64,000 bases of DNA from Antedon mediterranea. Taxonomy: Eukaryota; Animalia; Echinodermata. The stretch lies in the NCBI RefSeq assembly GCF_964355755.1, contig NC_092672.1, positions 12,090,001 to 12,154,000 of the forward strand, in the 5' to 3' direction. The notes beneath the pieces are model-generated. The model had not been told where the DNA came from. It saw nothing but the letters and a program-made list of their open reading frames with translations, and did not search any database. Positions 57,501 through 64,000 of this stretch are shown here, piece after piece. Positions within the stretch are counted from its first letter, which is position 1. Each line of letters starts with the position of its first letter. The position numbers and the translations under genes were made by a program.

Positions 57501-60500
57501 TTTGAGCATGTATAGTCAATTGTTTGTGGTAGGGATTAAAAACATGAGTTTATACATATTATCATCATTCGAATATTTAATTTCTAATCACATTTAGTTT
57601 TTATATATTTTATAAATAGTATATACTTTATAGTGAAAGCACATTTATCTATGTAAACAACTTCGGACAATAGTAAAAATTACAGTGCGAGTCAAGGTCA
57701 AGGGTCACTAGTAAAGAAAAATGGCATTTCCGGTTACATTTAGTGAAAATGTTCTATTACAACGAATATAAATATATATATTCCGAGTATTTTGATACTA
57801 ATATCTTGTCAATAGACCAAAGGGTTATGGAGATATGGCCATTTGGTCACCATTTTGAATTTGGGGTTGTTACCATGGTTACGGGATCGTGAAAATTTGT
57901 TACCTAGCATTTTTGGTATCCTAGCACCATAATAAAGTAAAATCAAGTGAAATCTCACTTTGGGCATTAAAATCCTACGGAACCCCTATTTTCATACTTG
58001 AGGAACCTGACTATTACATGAGAATGTTTCAGTTTATTCTATGGATTGATGCTAAACTTGAGTCAATAAATAAACTTTTTAAACATTTTCTTTAAAATGG
58101 ACCTGAAATGGATTTTCGATTTTTTTCATTTTAGAATGATGTTTTGGGGGCTATTAGGTGTTGCTAGAATGTATATTGTTACAAAATATAAATTGGCCCT
58201 TTTGGGGAAAGCCCCATTTGAAAATCAAAAAAAATCGCGGGTGACGTCACTTTGCGAATATATTCCTATCCCTCCAATGGAAAATTTGCAGTTTTTTGGC
58301 TATAACTCTTGAAATCTATGGAGTATTTTCTAAAAAATGCTTGTGCATTTGCAGAAATGTATTTAGAATTTTTTAGATAAAATTATTACCGTATAAACGG
58401 TTATTCATCGAGTAAATGACGATTCAAAATCTTAAAATCAACGGTTTTTTTCTGGCAATACCGAAGTTGGCCTGGCAACGTTGTCCGGGATACAGCTCCG
58501 TGCGCAATGATGCGTATCCATATTTTCCGTTCGTGTATTTTGTATATCGTTCGTAATTTATACTGCTAAAATGTGTTAGTTTCTTTAGTTTTTAGTTTAG
58601 CAGAATTAAATTAGTAATATGAGATGATAATTTTTTTGTCACGAATCAGGCAGTTCGAAAACAAATTTTATTCATATTTTACTTTGGCTTGACAATGAGC
58701 AAAGCAAGTTGTTGATATCGCTTTGGTCCTTGGATGCACATGAAACGGAGCCTCGCCGCATGATGTGGGTGGTGGATCGTCTCCGCGCGCTGGATTGGGG
58801 GGCCTAGGCCTAGTAAAGGTTTGGGAGGTAGGCCTTCTAAATTCGGGTTTTAGAACAAACGAAGTACATTTTAGGGACCTATATTTCAACAACATTAGAT
58901 ATTGAATAAATTAGTGTCAACGCTTTGCGTATCTTTCCAGGCCGTCGATCATTCACTGACTATCGGGCGGCATACACGCTCTCGATATCATCGTGTGTAT
59001 ATGTGACGTCGTGAATATAGAGGTTTCCGACAGCCGTTAAAATAGAATATTGCAATGGCGTGAGTAATTTTCGCTAATTTACCATGGTATCTTAAAATTT
59101 CGTTTTTACTCAAAATACTATACATTTTGTTTTTATTTGTATGGGTTTGTGTTAATTTGATACATTTAAATAACATGTGTGAATTTCTTGAAAATCTAAA
59201 TTCCATTTCAGGTCCATTTTAAGATAAACTACGTAGTCAATTGCAGTTCCGTTGTTCAGACTTTTTGTTACAAACTGAATTTTGGGAAGCCGGTCAACTT
59301 GTTTCCAGGCAACGGACTGATTGACGACTGCTGATTGATGTATCCATCGGGAGTTAACTGACTTTTATTTTCAACTGAGCATTGCTGAGCTGTGTACGAA
59401 CACTTTATATGATTATTATGACTTTTAATTTGGGAACTTTGAACAATTTGACTTTTGTATATTTTATCATGTTTGCCGATCTATTGATTTGTTACGATTT
59501 GCGTTACTTTTCTTTTTTGTTTCGTTTTAAGATGTTCGTATACTTTAGTTTAGTTTTCTCAATACAATTTTTGGCTCAGAGTTTTGTTGGTTTCGAAGAC
59601 ACGGCTTCGAATTGACGAGCAGGGGGATGTAACATGGTGGGACCAAATCCCATTGGTCACACAGTCTATTCACCCCTTGCTCTCCCCCGATGCCTACTTA
59701 ACTTGGAACACTACCTTCCTGAGGTTGGTCTTCCAAGGAAAGTCAATCAGGATGTGGTAACATTTAATTAGTCATCCTTCCTGTCCCCTTAATATAATTA
59801 CTGTATATGTTTTGTACAGTTAGTTATGTCACGTCAGAATCACTACATTTTCGCATTGTTTTATACTGATTACTTTTGATTGAATTGAATTAAATATTAT
59901 TTTGTACATTGAATAATATTGTGCCATCGTTATTGTCTTGGCCCTTGACACGACTACCGTTACAACATTCACATAATAACTCTACCCTTATGTTTTGAAT
60001 ACCGGAATGTTGGTTACTAAACCACCACATAATTATGTTTACGTGTTTTAATTTTAATAGATTGAATCACTTATTAGGTGATCATTTAGAATAAAATTAT
60101 CACCTATTATTGTATGAAATCTTTATTATTGTTTTCTTATTTATTTCTTTCTGTACAGATTTTGTGTGTCAATTACCTCGAAAAGTTAAATGTCAATAAT
60201 CACAAACATTTCTAAATATATTAAAAACAATTTAGTTTAGTCGTAGTTAGTTTTTCAGCGCGATCACTCATCCGTGACGTCATTTATATTATGCCATTTT
60301 GTGAAATCACATTATCAATAATATCTCCATAATTCATTATCACATATTAATGAAATTCACTACACGTAAACTTCAGGTCAAGGGTAAAAATATTAGCAAA
60401 TAAAAACGCAAGCGCACGTAGGGTCATGCGTGTGAAATCGCGCGTTAACAATTTAAAAAGCTCAAAATTAAGTTTTGATCAATTTAGAGCATGAATTAGG

Positions 60501-61919
60501 CCATTTGCGTGTTTCAAAACATTACTGCGCAAAAACAAATTTTTGCGCACGCGATACTTAAAAAGCGTAAAAAATACGAATTTTAGTCAGTTCCGACTTA
60601 AAATAACGCTATACGAGCAGGTTAAAAAAGACAACATGTGCAAATTAATTGCATCAAAGTGCTGAAAATGGTGAAAAATAAGGCATTTTTAAAATGAAAG
60701 TAATTCTTCAGAATGCAAGATGACAAGCAATTTTTTTAACTTATTCTGGAAGCCATTGAGTTTTAGATATGAATTCATGTACACATTTTACGTACAAAAT
60801 GTTATGACGTCATCAAATGGCCACTTGAATTTAAAATTGTTTTTTTTTCTCTTTCGTCATATTTTATCACATTCAATAGAACGTATATTTTTTACCCAAT
60901 TTTCGCTCAAATTTTAGTATGTGATTGCTCAATTAATTGACGTTCTCACGACTTGCCACTATTTTATTTTGATGACCTCATCACGCGTAAAAACTTGAAT
61001 AACGTAGGTCGTTAAATTTCACCTTCGCCGTAAATTTGAATATCTTACAGCTCTTCGGAATTGAAGGTTACCTTGATGATTATAATTTATTATGAAGGCT
61101 AATGAAATGTAGATATGAATTCATATAAAAAACAAGCCTACCGGATGTTGTGACGTTAACATATGGCCAGTTGAAGTTAAAAAGCAGTTTTTTCATCTTT
61201 TTCGTCAAAGTTATAAAAATTTCAAAGAGCGCGCACAGCAATTCTACGTGCCAAATTCTCTTCCAATTCTTATATTTATTTGCTCAATTCATTATCTTTC
61301 GAAATTGTCATCTTCTAGTTTATTTTGATAATTCCATCATACCACAAAATTAGAACATGATGTGTGTCCCGTAATTTCACCTATGTTACACTGTATATAG
61401 ATACATTATATACTGTACATATTGTATATGGCATATAATAGGCACAACTCAGAACTATAAGCGTATAATAGGATGGCATACATCAACATTTTCTGATCGT
61501 ATGTTAACGTACATGCATGTAAAAAAAAATTATTTCAGTAAAATGATAAAAATTATCACCTATAATTCATCAAAGTGACGAATTAAATTCTAGTATTATA
61601 ATTATAATTGTTTTTTAAACCTTATTGGTTTCGTCCACAAGATGCGGATATGTTGTGCACAATCTTTTAATTTCTGCCACGTGTTCACGTTTAATAGCTC
61701 TTAATAACGAATTTCTGAAAAAAAAAAACATTTGAAAGTGCATTATAGCAGAAATATGCGGTTGATAATGTAATATGTTTATTGTTTATGCTTCTAAGCA
61801 AATAGTAAAATTGATTTTTTTAAATATAAATTACATTATTAAAAAATTATTCAAAATTAAATAATTCAGTCTCCAACAGTGTTTAATGATAATATAAGAA
61901 ATACAACTTACAGCTCCAT
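443..61919 (-). CDS. Spliced multi-exon ankyrin-repeat protein gene, 3'-incomplete. CDS join (minus): 61912-61919, 61621-61714, 47517-47621, 35078-35182, 26730-26831, 25051-25155, 24310-24414, 5176-5280, 443-547
   Basis: Every exon has a polypyrimidine-YAG acceptor and a GT donor, phases are compatible (2, then all 0), and the joined frame is open for 278 aa: [34 protein letters not shown] followed by 7 ankyrin repeats. No stop codon is reached in the window. Confidence 0.85.
1610..1790. repeat. Dispersed repeat; diverged inverted copy at about 63062-63247
   Basis: AATATAAACGTCGTAGTGGTGTATCGT...CAATATTTCGTTACTGAGTGGATAAAGAATATA matches the reverse complement of 63062-63247. Confidence 0.8.
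3020..3245. repeat. About 16-bp minisatellite (GGGTAGTTGTCCTAGA)n, with weaker copies at 2250-2300
   Basis: Repeated gtagttgtcctag motif with a poly-G interruption. Confidence 0.8.
3402..4028. mobile_element. PIF/Harbinger-like MITE
   Basis: About 40-bp TIRs (A[A/G]GCCAATTTACACAGACGAGCGGTAACGGTAAGCGGTAA), TTA direct repeats at 3399-3401 and 4029-4031, and a second internal IR pair (CCATTTACACAG). Confidence 0.8.
4051..4971. repeat. 212-bp direct repeat pair (4051-4262 and 4760-4971)
   Basis: Apparently identical copies, offset 709 bp. Confidence 0.9.
5176..5280 (-). CDS. Ankyrin repeat exon ([35 protein letters not shown])
   Basis: 105 nt, ttttttctag|...AAG|gtaatt, phase 0-0. Confidence 0.9.
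5660..6260 (+). mobile_element. Decayed Tx1/L1-clade LINE ORF2 fragments
   Basis: [15 protein letters not shown] and [25 protein letters not shown] motifs typical of L1/Tx1 ORF2. Confidence 0.65.
6507..6608 (-). mobile_element. Short HINE/DINE-1-like (Helentron-associated) element
   Basis: Reverse complement of the ttttAGTCGCGTG..CGCGACT / (GTCG)n / GGCCTTGTT family seen at 30888 and 63247. Confidence 0.65.
6810..8025 (+). mobile_element. Older CR1/L2-group LINE, 5' part (APE endonuclease to pre-RT), frameshifted
   Basis: [58 protein letters not shown]. Confidence 0.8.
8026..10690 (+). mobile_element. CR1/L2-group (Crack/Daphne-like) LINE, 5'-truncated, nested in the older LINE
   Basis: ORF 9028-9999 carries RT motifs [40 protein letters not shown]; C-terminal ORF 10096-10374; AATAAA and A-rich tail near 10680; 5' end locally duplicated (8026-8107 / 8121-8201). 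Confidence 0.9.
10700..11910 (+). mobile_element. Older LINE, 3' part (RT and C-terminus), continuing 6810-8025
   Basis: [55 protein letters not shown]. Confidence 0.8.
12131..12167 (+). ncRNA. Minimal type I hammerhead ribozyme motif (Penelope/retrozyme type)
   Basis: GCA-CTGATGA-A-GGGC(tagtgtt)GCCC-GAAA-GC-TC-TGC: intact core, 4-bp stem II, palindromic AGCT stem III, GCA/TGC stem I; sits in a ~200-bp segment flanked by (TA)n/(TG)n. Confidence 0.75.
13158..14990 (+). mobile_element. Old DNA transposon remnant (Academ-like) with long inverted arms
   Basis: 13158-13340 is a diverged inverted copy of 14805-14990; interior has a frameshifted transposase-like C-terminus (W.G..DLTP..W..., [21 protein letters not shown]). 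Confidence 0.45.
13724..13830 (-). mobile_element. Short HINE/DINE-1-like element
   Basis: AACAAGGCC...(CCGA)n...GAGTCGCGTTGCACGCGACTAAA. Confidence 0.7.
15200..15530 (+). mobile_element. Gypsy pol C-terminal/3'UTR fragment
   Basis: [20 protein letters not shown], the TRSGR...P.R motif typical after integrase, followed by purine tract AAAGAAGGAAGA. Confidence 0.5.
15530..16870 (-). mobile_element. CR1-like LINE fragment (RT), internally deleted
   Basis: ORFs 15874-16362 ([33 protein letters not shown]) and 16453-16947; (AAAT)n-like tail at 15530-15560. Confidence 0.8.
17012..18655 (-). mobile_element. Ty3/Gypsy pol fragment in Gmr1-like order (integrase C-terminus, RT, RNase H)
   Basis: [31 protein letters not shown] precedes [36 protein letters not shown] and RNase H ending [15 protein letters not shown]-stop. 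Confidence 0.85.
18659..19940 (+). mobile_element. Academ-like DNA transposon derivative with transposase C-terminal fragment
   Basis: Starts TAG where the Gypsy breaks off; three subterminal TTTATTCATGT.AA..GATACAA repeats; FYRKGK...INEARY..F...LPPC....QHLLRANY...W....P..P..YGW motif; 70-bp IRs at 19026-19095 / 19863-19936. Confidence 0.7.
19983..20420. mobile_element. Possible solo LTR
   Basis: TGTTACGG...CCGTAAGA imperfect terminal IR; no TSD seen. Confidence 0.3.
20833..21306. repeat. Tandem repeat, about 110-155-bp units, 3.5 copies
   Basis: Recurring TAATCAATACAGTAGTCGATCCATT.TGGATAAGTAACGATATTTA. Confidence 0.85.
21300..22540 (-). mobile_element. L2-clade LINE RT fragment
   Basis: [67 protein letters not shown]. 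Confidence 0.88.
22540..23600 (-). mobile_element. CR1-group LINE 5' ORF fragment: 2A-like peptide, PHD finger, APE endonuclease
   Basis: [13 protein letters not shown], then [23 protein letters not shown], then SLKNK..TETWL, YYRPP, LLGDFN. Confidence 0.8.
24310..24414 (-). CDS. Ankyrin repeat exon ([35 protein letters not shown])
   Basis: 105 nt, tttttttcag|...AAG|gtaatt, phase 0-0. Confidence 0.9.
24575..25961. repeat. Direct repeat pair in consecutive introns (24575-24750 and 25766-25961)
   Basis: ACCTAGGCCTGTATAGTAT.TGGGTCGGGTCATTAGGGAGTTTGCTCCTACTCTGGAACAT...ATTAAAAATATC occurs in both, with a ~20-nt indel. Confidence 0.9.
25051..25155 (-). CDS. Ankyrin repeat exon ([35 protein letters not shown])
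   Basis: 105 nt, ccttttccag|...AAG|gtaatg, phase 0-0. Confidence 0.9.
26730..26831 (-). CDS. Ankyrin repeat exon, 34-aa variant ([34 protein letters not shown])
   Basis: 102 nt, ttttttttag|...AAG|gtaatt; one-codon deletion in the variable loop preserves the frame. Confidence 0.88.
28030..28570 (-). mobile_element. Decayed LINE RT fragment; its upstream part resumes near 34090-34900
   Basis: [15 protein letters not shown]; EDQVGF near 34275-34295 on the same strand. Confidence 0.6.
29131..29160. mobile_element. 30-bp perfect palindrome with 7-bp flanking direct repeats (transposon footprint); copy at 41570-41599
   Basis: GTATAGG-CAGGGAGTTGTTATTAATAACAACTCCCTG-GTATAGG. Confidence 0.7.
29921..30736. 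repeat. 42-bp minisatellite of two alternating 21-mers; copy at 42360-43175
   Basis: (GAAATTGTGCTACCTCTTTGA GAAATTGTGCTAACCATTCGG)n. Confidence 0.95.
30888..31638 (+). mobile_element. HINE/DINE-1-like element, long form; copy at 43327-44077
   Basis: ttttAGTCGCGTGGACGCGACT 5' hairpin, (GTCG/GTCT)n microsatellite, 3' CACGCGACT subTIR plus GGC-tgtt-GCC hairpin, T-rich target. Confidence 0.75.
31715..33112. mobile_element. Kolobok-like non-autonomous element; copy at 44154-45551
   Basis: TTAA TSDs (31711-14, 33113-16); TIR AGTGGAGCT.CAC.CAGA. Confidence 0.8.
32737..32753. mobile_element. 17-bp footprint of the same CAGGGAG family with 7-bp TSD; copy at 45176-45192
   Basis: ATTATAC-CAGGGAGTTGCTCCCTG-ATTATAC. 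Confidence 0.65.
35078..35182 (-). CDS. Ankyrin repeat exon ([35 protein letters not shown])
   Basis: 105 nt, ttttcag|...AAG|gtaaat, phase 0-0, open frame. Confidence 0.88.
36585..37590 (-). mobile_element. CR1/L2-group LINE 3' fragment; copy at about 49024-50029
   Basis: [43 protein letters not shown]-stop, followed by an AATAAA-rich tail. Confidence 0.75.
37838..38171 (+). mobile_element. Harbinger-derived MITE with Myb/SANT-like remnant; copy at about 50277-50610
   Basis: IRs CCGTCCATGTGCG / CGCACATGGACGG with TAA/TTA flanks; internal [28 protein letters not shown]; an empty-site homolog of the flanks lies inverted at 56455-56592. Confidence 0.65.
38604..38906. repeat. About 97-bp tandem repeat, 3+ copies; copy at 51043-51345
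   Basis: GCTCAAGTGGACCCAATTTGGAGCCAGG...TATCTTTTCGTATGT.AATACA.TGT repeated. Confidence 0.9.
38907..40795 (+). mobile_element. BEL/Pao LTR retrotransposon gag-pro-RT fragment (pseudogenised)
   Basis: Three Cys/His knuckles (CIFC..H....C; CFKC....H....C; CRSC....HH...C), protease [47 protein letters not shown]. Confidence 0.92.
40871..40915 (-). ncRNA. Hammerhead ribozyme-like motif (GAAA changed to GACA); copy at 53309-53353
   Basis: Minus strand: TTT-CTGAAGA-A-GCTGTCC(gatcagca)GGACAGC-GACA-CTG-TC-AAG; perfect 7-bp stem II and GUC cleavage triplet. Confidence 0.6.
47517..47621 (-). CDS. Ankyrin repeat exon ([35 protein letters not shown]), duplicate copy
   Basis: 105 nt, ttttcag|...AAG|gtaaat, phase 0-0; identical to 35078-35182. 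Confidence 0.85.
51346..53233 (+). mobile_element. BEL/Pao fragment, duplicate copy
   Basis: Same motifs as 38907-40795, inside the second duplication unit. Confidence 0.92.
54535..56435. repeat. 633-bp tandem triplication
   Basis: Units start at 54535, 55168 and 55801 (TTCACTCTGATGAAGAAG); only a handful of substitutions noticed. Confidence 0.97.
56756..58013. mobile_element. Academ-like non-autonomous element with long TIRs
   Basis: TAGTCAGG...CCTGACTA termini, 3-bp TTA TSD (56753-55, 58014-16), ~185-bp near-perfect inverted arms, internal direct repeats. Confidence 0.8.
58096..59218. mobile_element. Kolobok-like non-autonomous element
   Basis: TTAA TSDs (58092-95, 59219-22); TIR AATGGACCTGAAATGGA. 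Confidence 0.8.
59628..59964 (+). mobile_element. 3' LTR (337 bp) of an LTR retrotransposon, preceded by a polypurine tract
   Basis: GAGCAGGGGGA|TGTAAC...GTTACA. Confidence 0.7.
61621..61714 (-). CDS. N-terminal capping ankyrin-like exon ([31 protein letters not shown])
   Basis: 94 nt; strong acceptor tttttttttttcag; AAG|gtttaa donor; ends in ...NK at phase 0 like the repeat exons; helix-loop-helix ankyrin-cap pattern. Confidence 0.75.
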
Positions 61920-61960
61920 TAAAGCACAATACTTTGTAGTTACCAATCATTCACTGGTTG
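61912..61960 (-). CDS. Exon with 5'UTR and start codon (ATG 61919-61917; ATG GAG CT, phase 2)
   Basis: Acceptor ttttttttttcag and perfect donor gtaagt. In-frame TGA lies upstream of the ATG. The phase-2 end matches the 1-nt overhang of the next exon, giving M-E-L-N. Confidence 0.7.
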
Positions 61961-62767
61961 CTGAAAAAAAAAACCAAACGTAAGCTTTTAAGAGCAGTTG
62001 TCTATAAATATCGACCTTTAGGTGGCCAAGTCAAAAAAATAGATTTTCTTTCAAATTTACACAATGAAAGAGGTTTGGTTGAAACATGCAGATAACATTA
62101 TTTTTGAAACCTGTATCTTGTTGCCATAGTAACGGCCATTTTAAAAATGACAGCATTTTCTTGCAATTTTTCCTATTATTTCTCTGTCATATAAACGTTG
62201 ATTTCATTTGAACGTTGACCTCTTACACGGTTTGTTGAAATTTAATTTAATTTTTAATAAAAAATGATGACTTATAAACAAACTGAAAGCAAAAAAAATG
62301 TTGGTTGGGCATGGGAATGGATCGTACCATTTATTTTCAATAGAGGTGTTTTTACTTGTGCTAAAAATCCAATTTTGGCCAAAGTTTGGAGCTTCACAAC
62401 ATCTATAGTAACAGTTGAATTGCGAAACCGAAATTTAGAGTAGACATTACTCTTTACATTGACATAATATAAATAATTAAAGGTTTGTACAAGAAAAACT
62501 GTATTTATAGCTATTTTTGATCATACCCAAAATTGTTTAATAATCTAGAACTCAGTGTTTTGTTAACTTGTGTTTATATATATTAATGAATATATTCATA
62601 GCTATAAACATGTGCATAACGATGCTTAAATGAATCAGAGTATAGACCTATCATATACAGTATTATATATACTAGATGGTACCTAGGTGTCCACAGATGG
62701 TTCTCGAATACACAGTAGTTTCAGCGTAAAAAACTGTCGATTTCAAATGTACGAACCGCAGGACTAT

Positions 62768-62820
62768 TCAATTCAATTCAAAATTCTTTAATCATCCCAC
62801 ACGGGGCAATTCATATAAAA
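62768..62820 (-). mobile_element. LINE 3'-tail remnant
   Basis: Minus strand: AATTGCCCCGTGTGGGATGATTAAAG followed by (TTGAA)n. Confidence 0.45.
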
Positions 62821-63246
62821 AGGTCTGGATAAATAAATACACATAAATACATTGTCGTTTTCAGAAACGAATAAATAGACACGATGATTAGTGTAGTCAA
62901 CTAAAATTAGCACCTGAGAATTAGGCCTGCTTCCGAAGGAGAAACTTGTCTTAAAAATGAGTCAACATTTTTTATTTGAACTCATTTAAACAAACCCAAT
63001 TTGTGTTTTGTATATAACATTAGAGTTGAGGGATGGGGAAGAGGATGGGAAGAACAATTGTTAAATATATATTCTTTATCCACTCAGTAACGAAATATTG
63101 TTTTAAATGTTTTATAGACCTATCAATAATATACCACTAAACACAGTAAAACATTTACGATTTTATAGTTTTTAAAACTGTCCCTGTTATAGTCGATTGA
63201 AATAGTAAAGTACATGTATACGATACACCACTACGACGTTTATATT

Positions 63247-63357
63247 TTTAGTCGCGTGGACGCGACTCTATAGTTCACTATGTCGGTCGGTCGGTCTGTC
63301 TGTCGGTCCGGTATCACTATGCGTTTTAGCACGCGACTTATGGCTGTTGACCTTGTT
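63247..63357 (+). mobile_element. HINE/DINE-1-like element, short form
   Basis: Same termini and microsatellite as 30888-31638 with the interior deleted. Confidence 0.75.
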
Positions 63358-63369
63358 TATAATTATTAA

Positions 63370-63991
63370 AGCCCCCTTCCCTACGTTTTTTAGATCTAAT
63401 TTAAGATCACAAACTATATTTAATGTAAAAATAATACTATATTTATTACGATAACTTTTTTCGTCTTTAAACGGTTAAAAATGTGAAAAATATTTCGATT
63501 CTAATAATTATAGCGGCCCGCTATAAATCCCAAAATGCATTGCGCGCGGATTGATATTTTTGTTTTTCACCTGTAATTCGCCCACTTTTCGATCGATCGT
63601 GAGGCCAAAACAAATGGAAGATTCCTAACTTTTCAGCGAAAAAACCGGGTTTTCCCCAATTTGTATCAACGGAGTCTGGCAAAAATAGAAAGACAATTAA
63701 TGCAGCAACTATACAACGTCAGGCTAGGTATATAGCTAGCGTATGATGTTCGTACGTTACCGATGTTTACCAGCTAGGCCTACAAAACTAAGCCTAGCTA
63801 GGCTAGGCCTAAGACCGTCCACGAGAGGTCGATCGCCGCGAGCTACTTAGGTAGTGCATTGTTTCTCACTTTTTATCATAATTTACCATAAAACGTACAT
63901 TTAAGACAAGGAATGACATGGTTTAATGTTTTTAAAGTGATATATATGTATTATTTTCCAAAAAACGTCCAACATTGCAGGGAAGGGGTCT
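63370..63991. mobile_element. Kolobok-like MITE
   Basis: TTAA TSDs (63366-69, 63992-95); TIR AG.CCCCTTCCCT. Confidence 0.78.
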
Positions 63992-64000
63992 TTAATTAAT

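Noticed and set aside
60177-60211. Possible 35-nt exon (tttag|...GAG|gtaatt) on the minus strand
   Set aside because: Length is not a multiple of 3, it has a stop in phase 0, and it shows no ankyrin similarity.
62683-62765. Possible first non-coding exon or promoter (CTAG|gtacca donor)
   Set aside because: Weak donor and no independent support; the gene needs an upstream exon but I cannot place it.

Overview
AT-rich, transposon-dense animal genomic DNA, probably an invertebrate deuterostome (inferred from a Gmr1-order Gypsy element, Academ-like remnants and spliceosomal introns). The ORF track misses the main feature: a minus-strand spliced gene with start codon at 61919, an N-terminal capping ankyrin exon, and at least seven symmetric phase-0 exons of 105 or 102 nt. 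Each of these encodes exactly one atypical ankyrin repeat (consensus xG[DE][32 protein letters not shown]) with a conserved framework and a hypervariable helix-1/loop segment. The gene runs off the left edge. One of its exons has been doubled in frame by a near-identical 12.4-kb tandem duplication (28959-41397 / 41398-53836). The introns hold decayed LINEs (Tx1/L1-, CR1-, L2-like, one nested, one with a 2A-like peptide), Gypsy and BEL/Pao fragments, Academ-, Kolobok-, Harbinger- and Helentron(HINE)-like non-autonomous elements, minisatellites, a 633-bp triplication, several minimal hammerhead-ribozyme motifs and tiny P-element-like excision footprints. All calls are from reading the sequence by eye; no searches were run.
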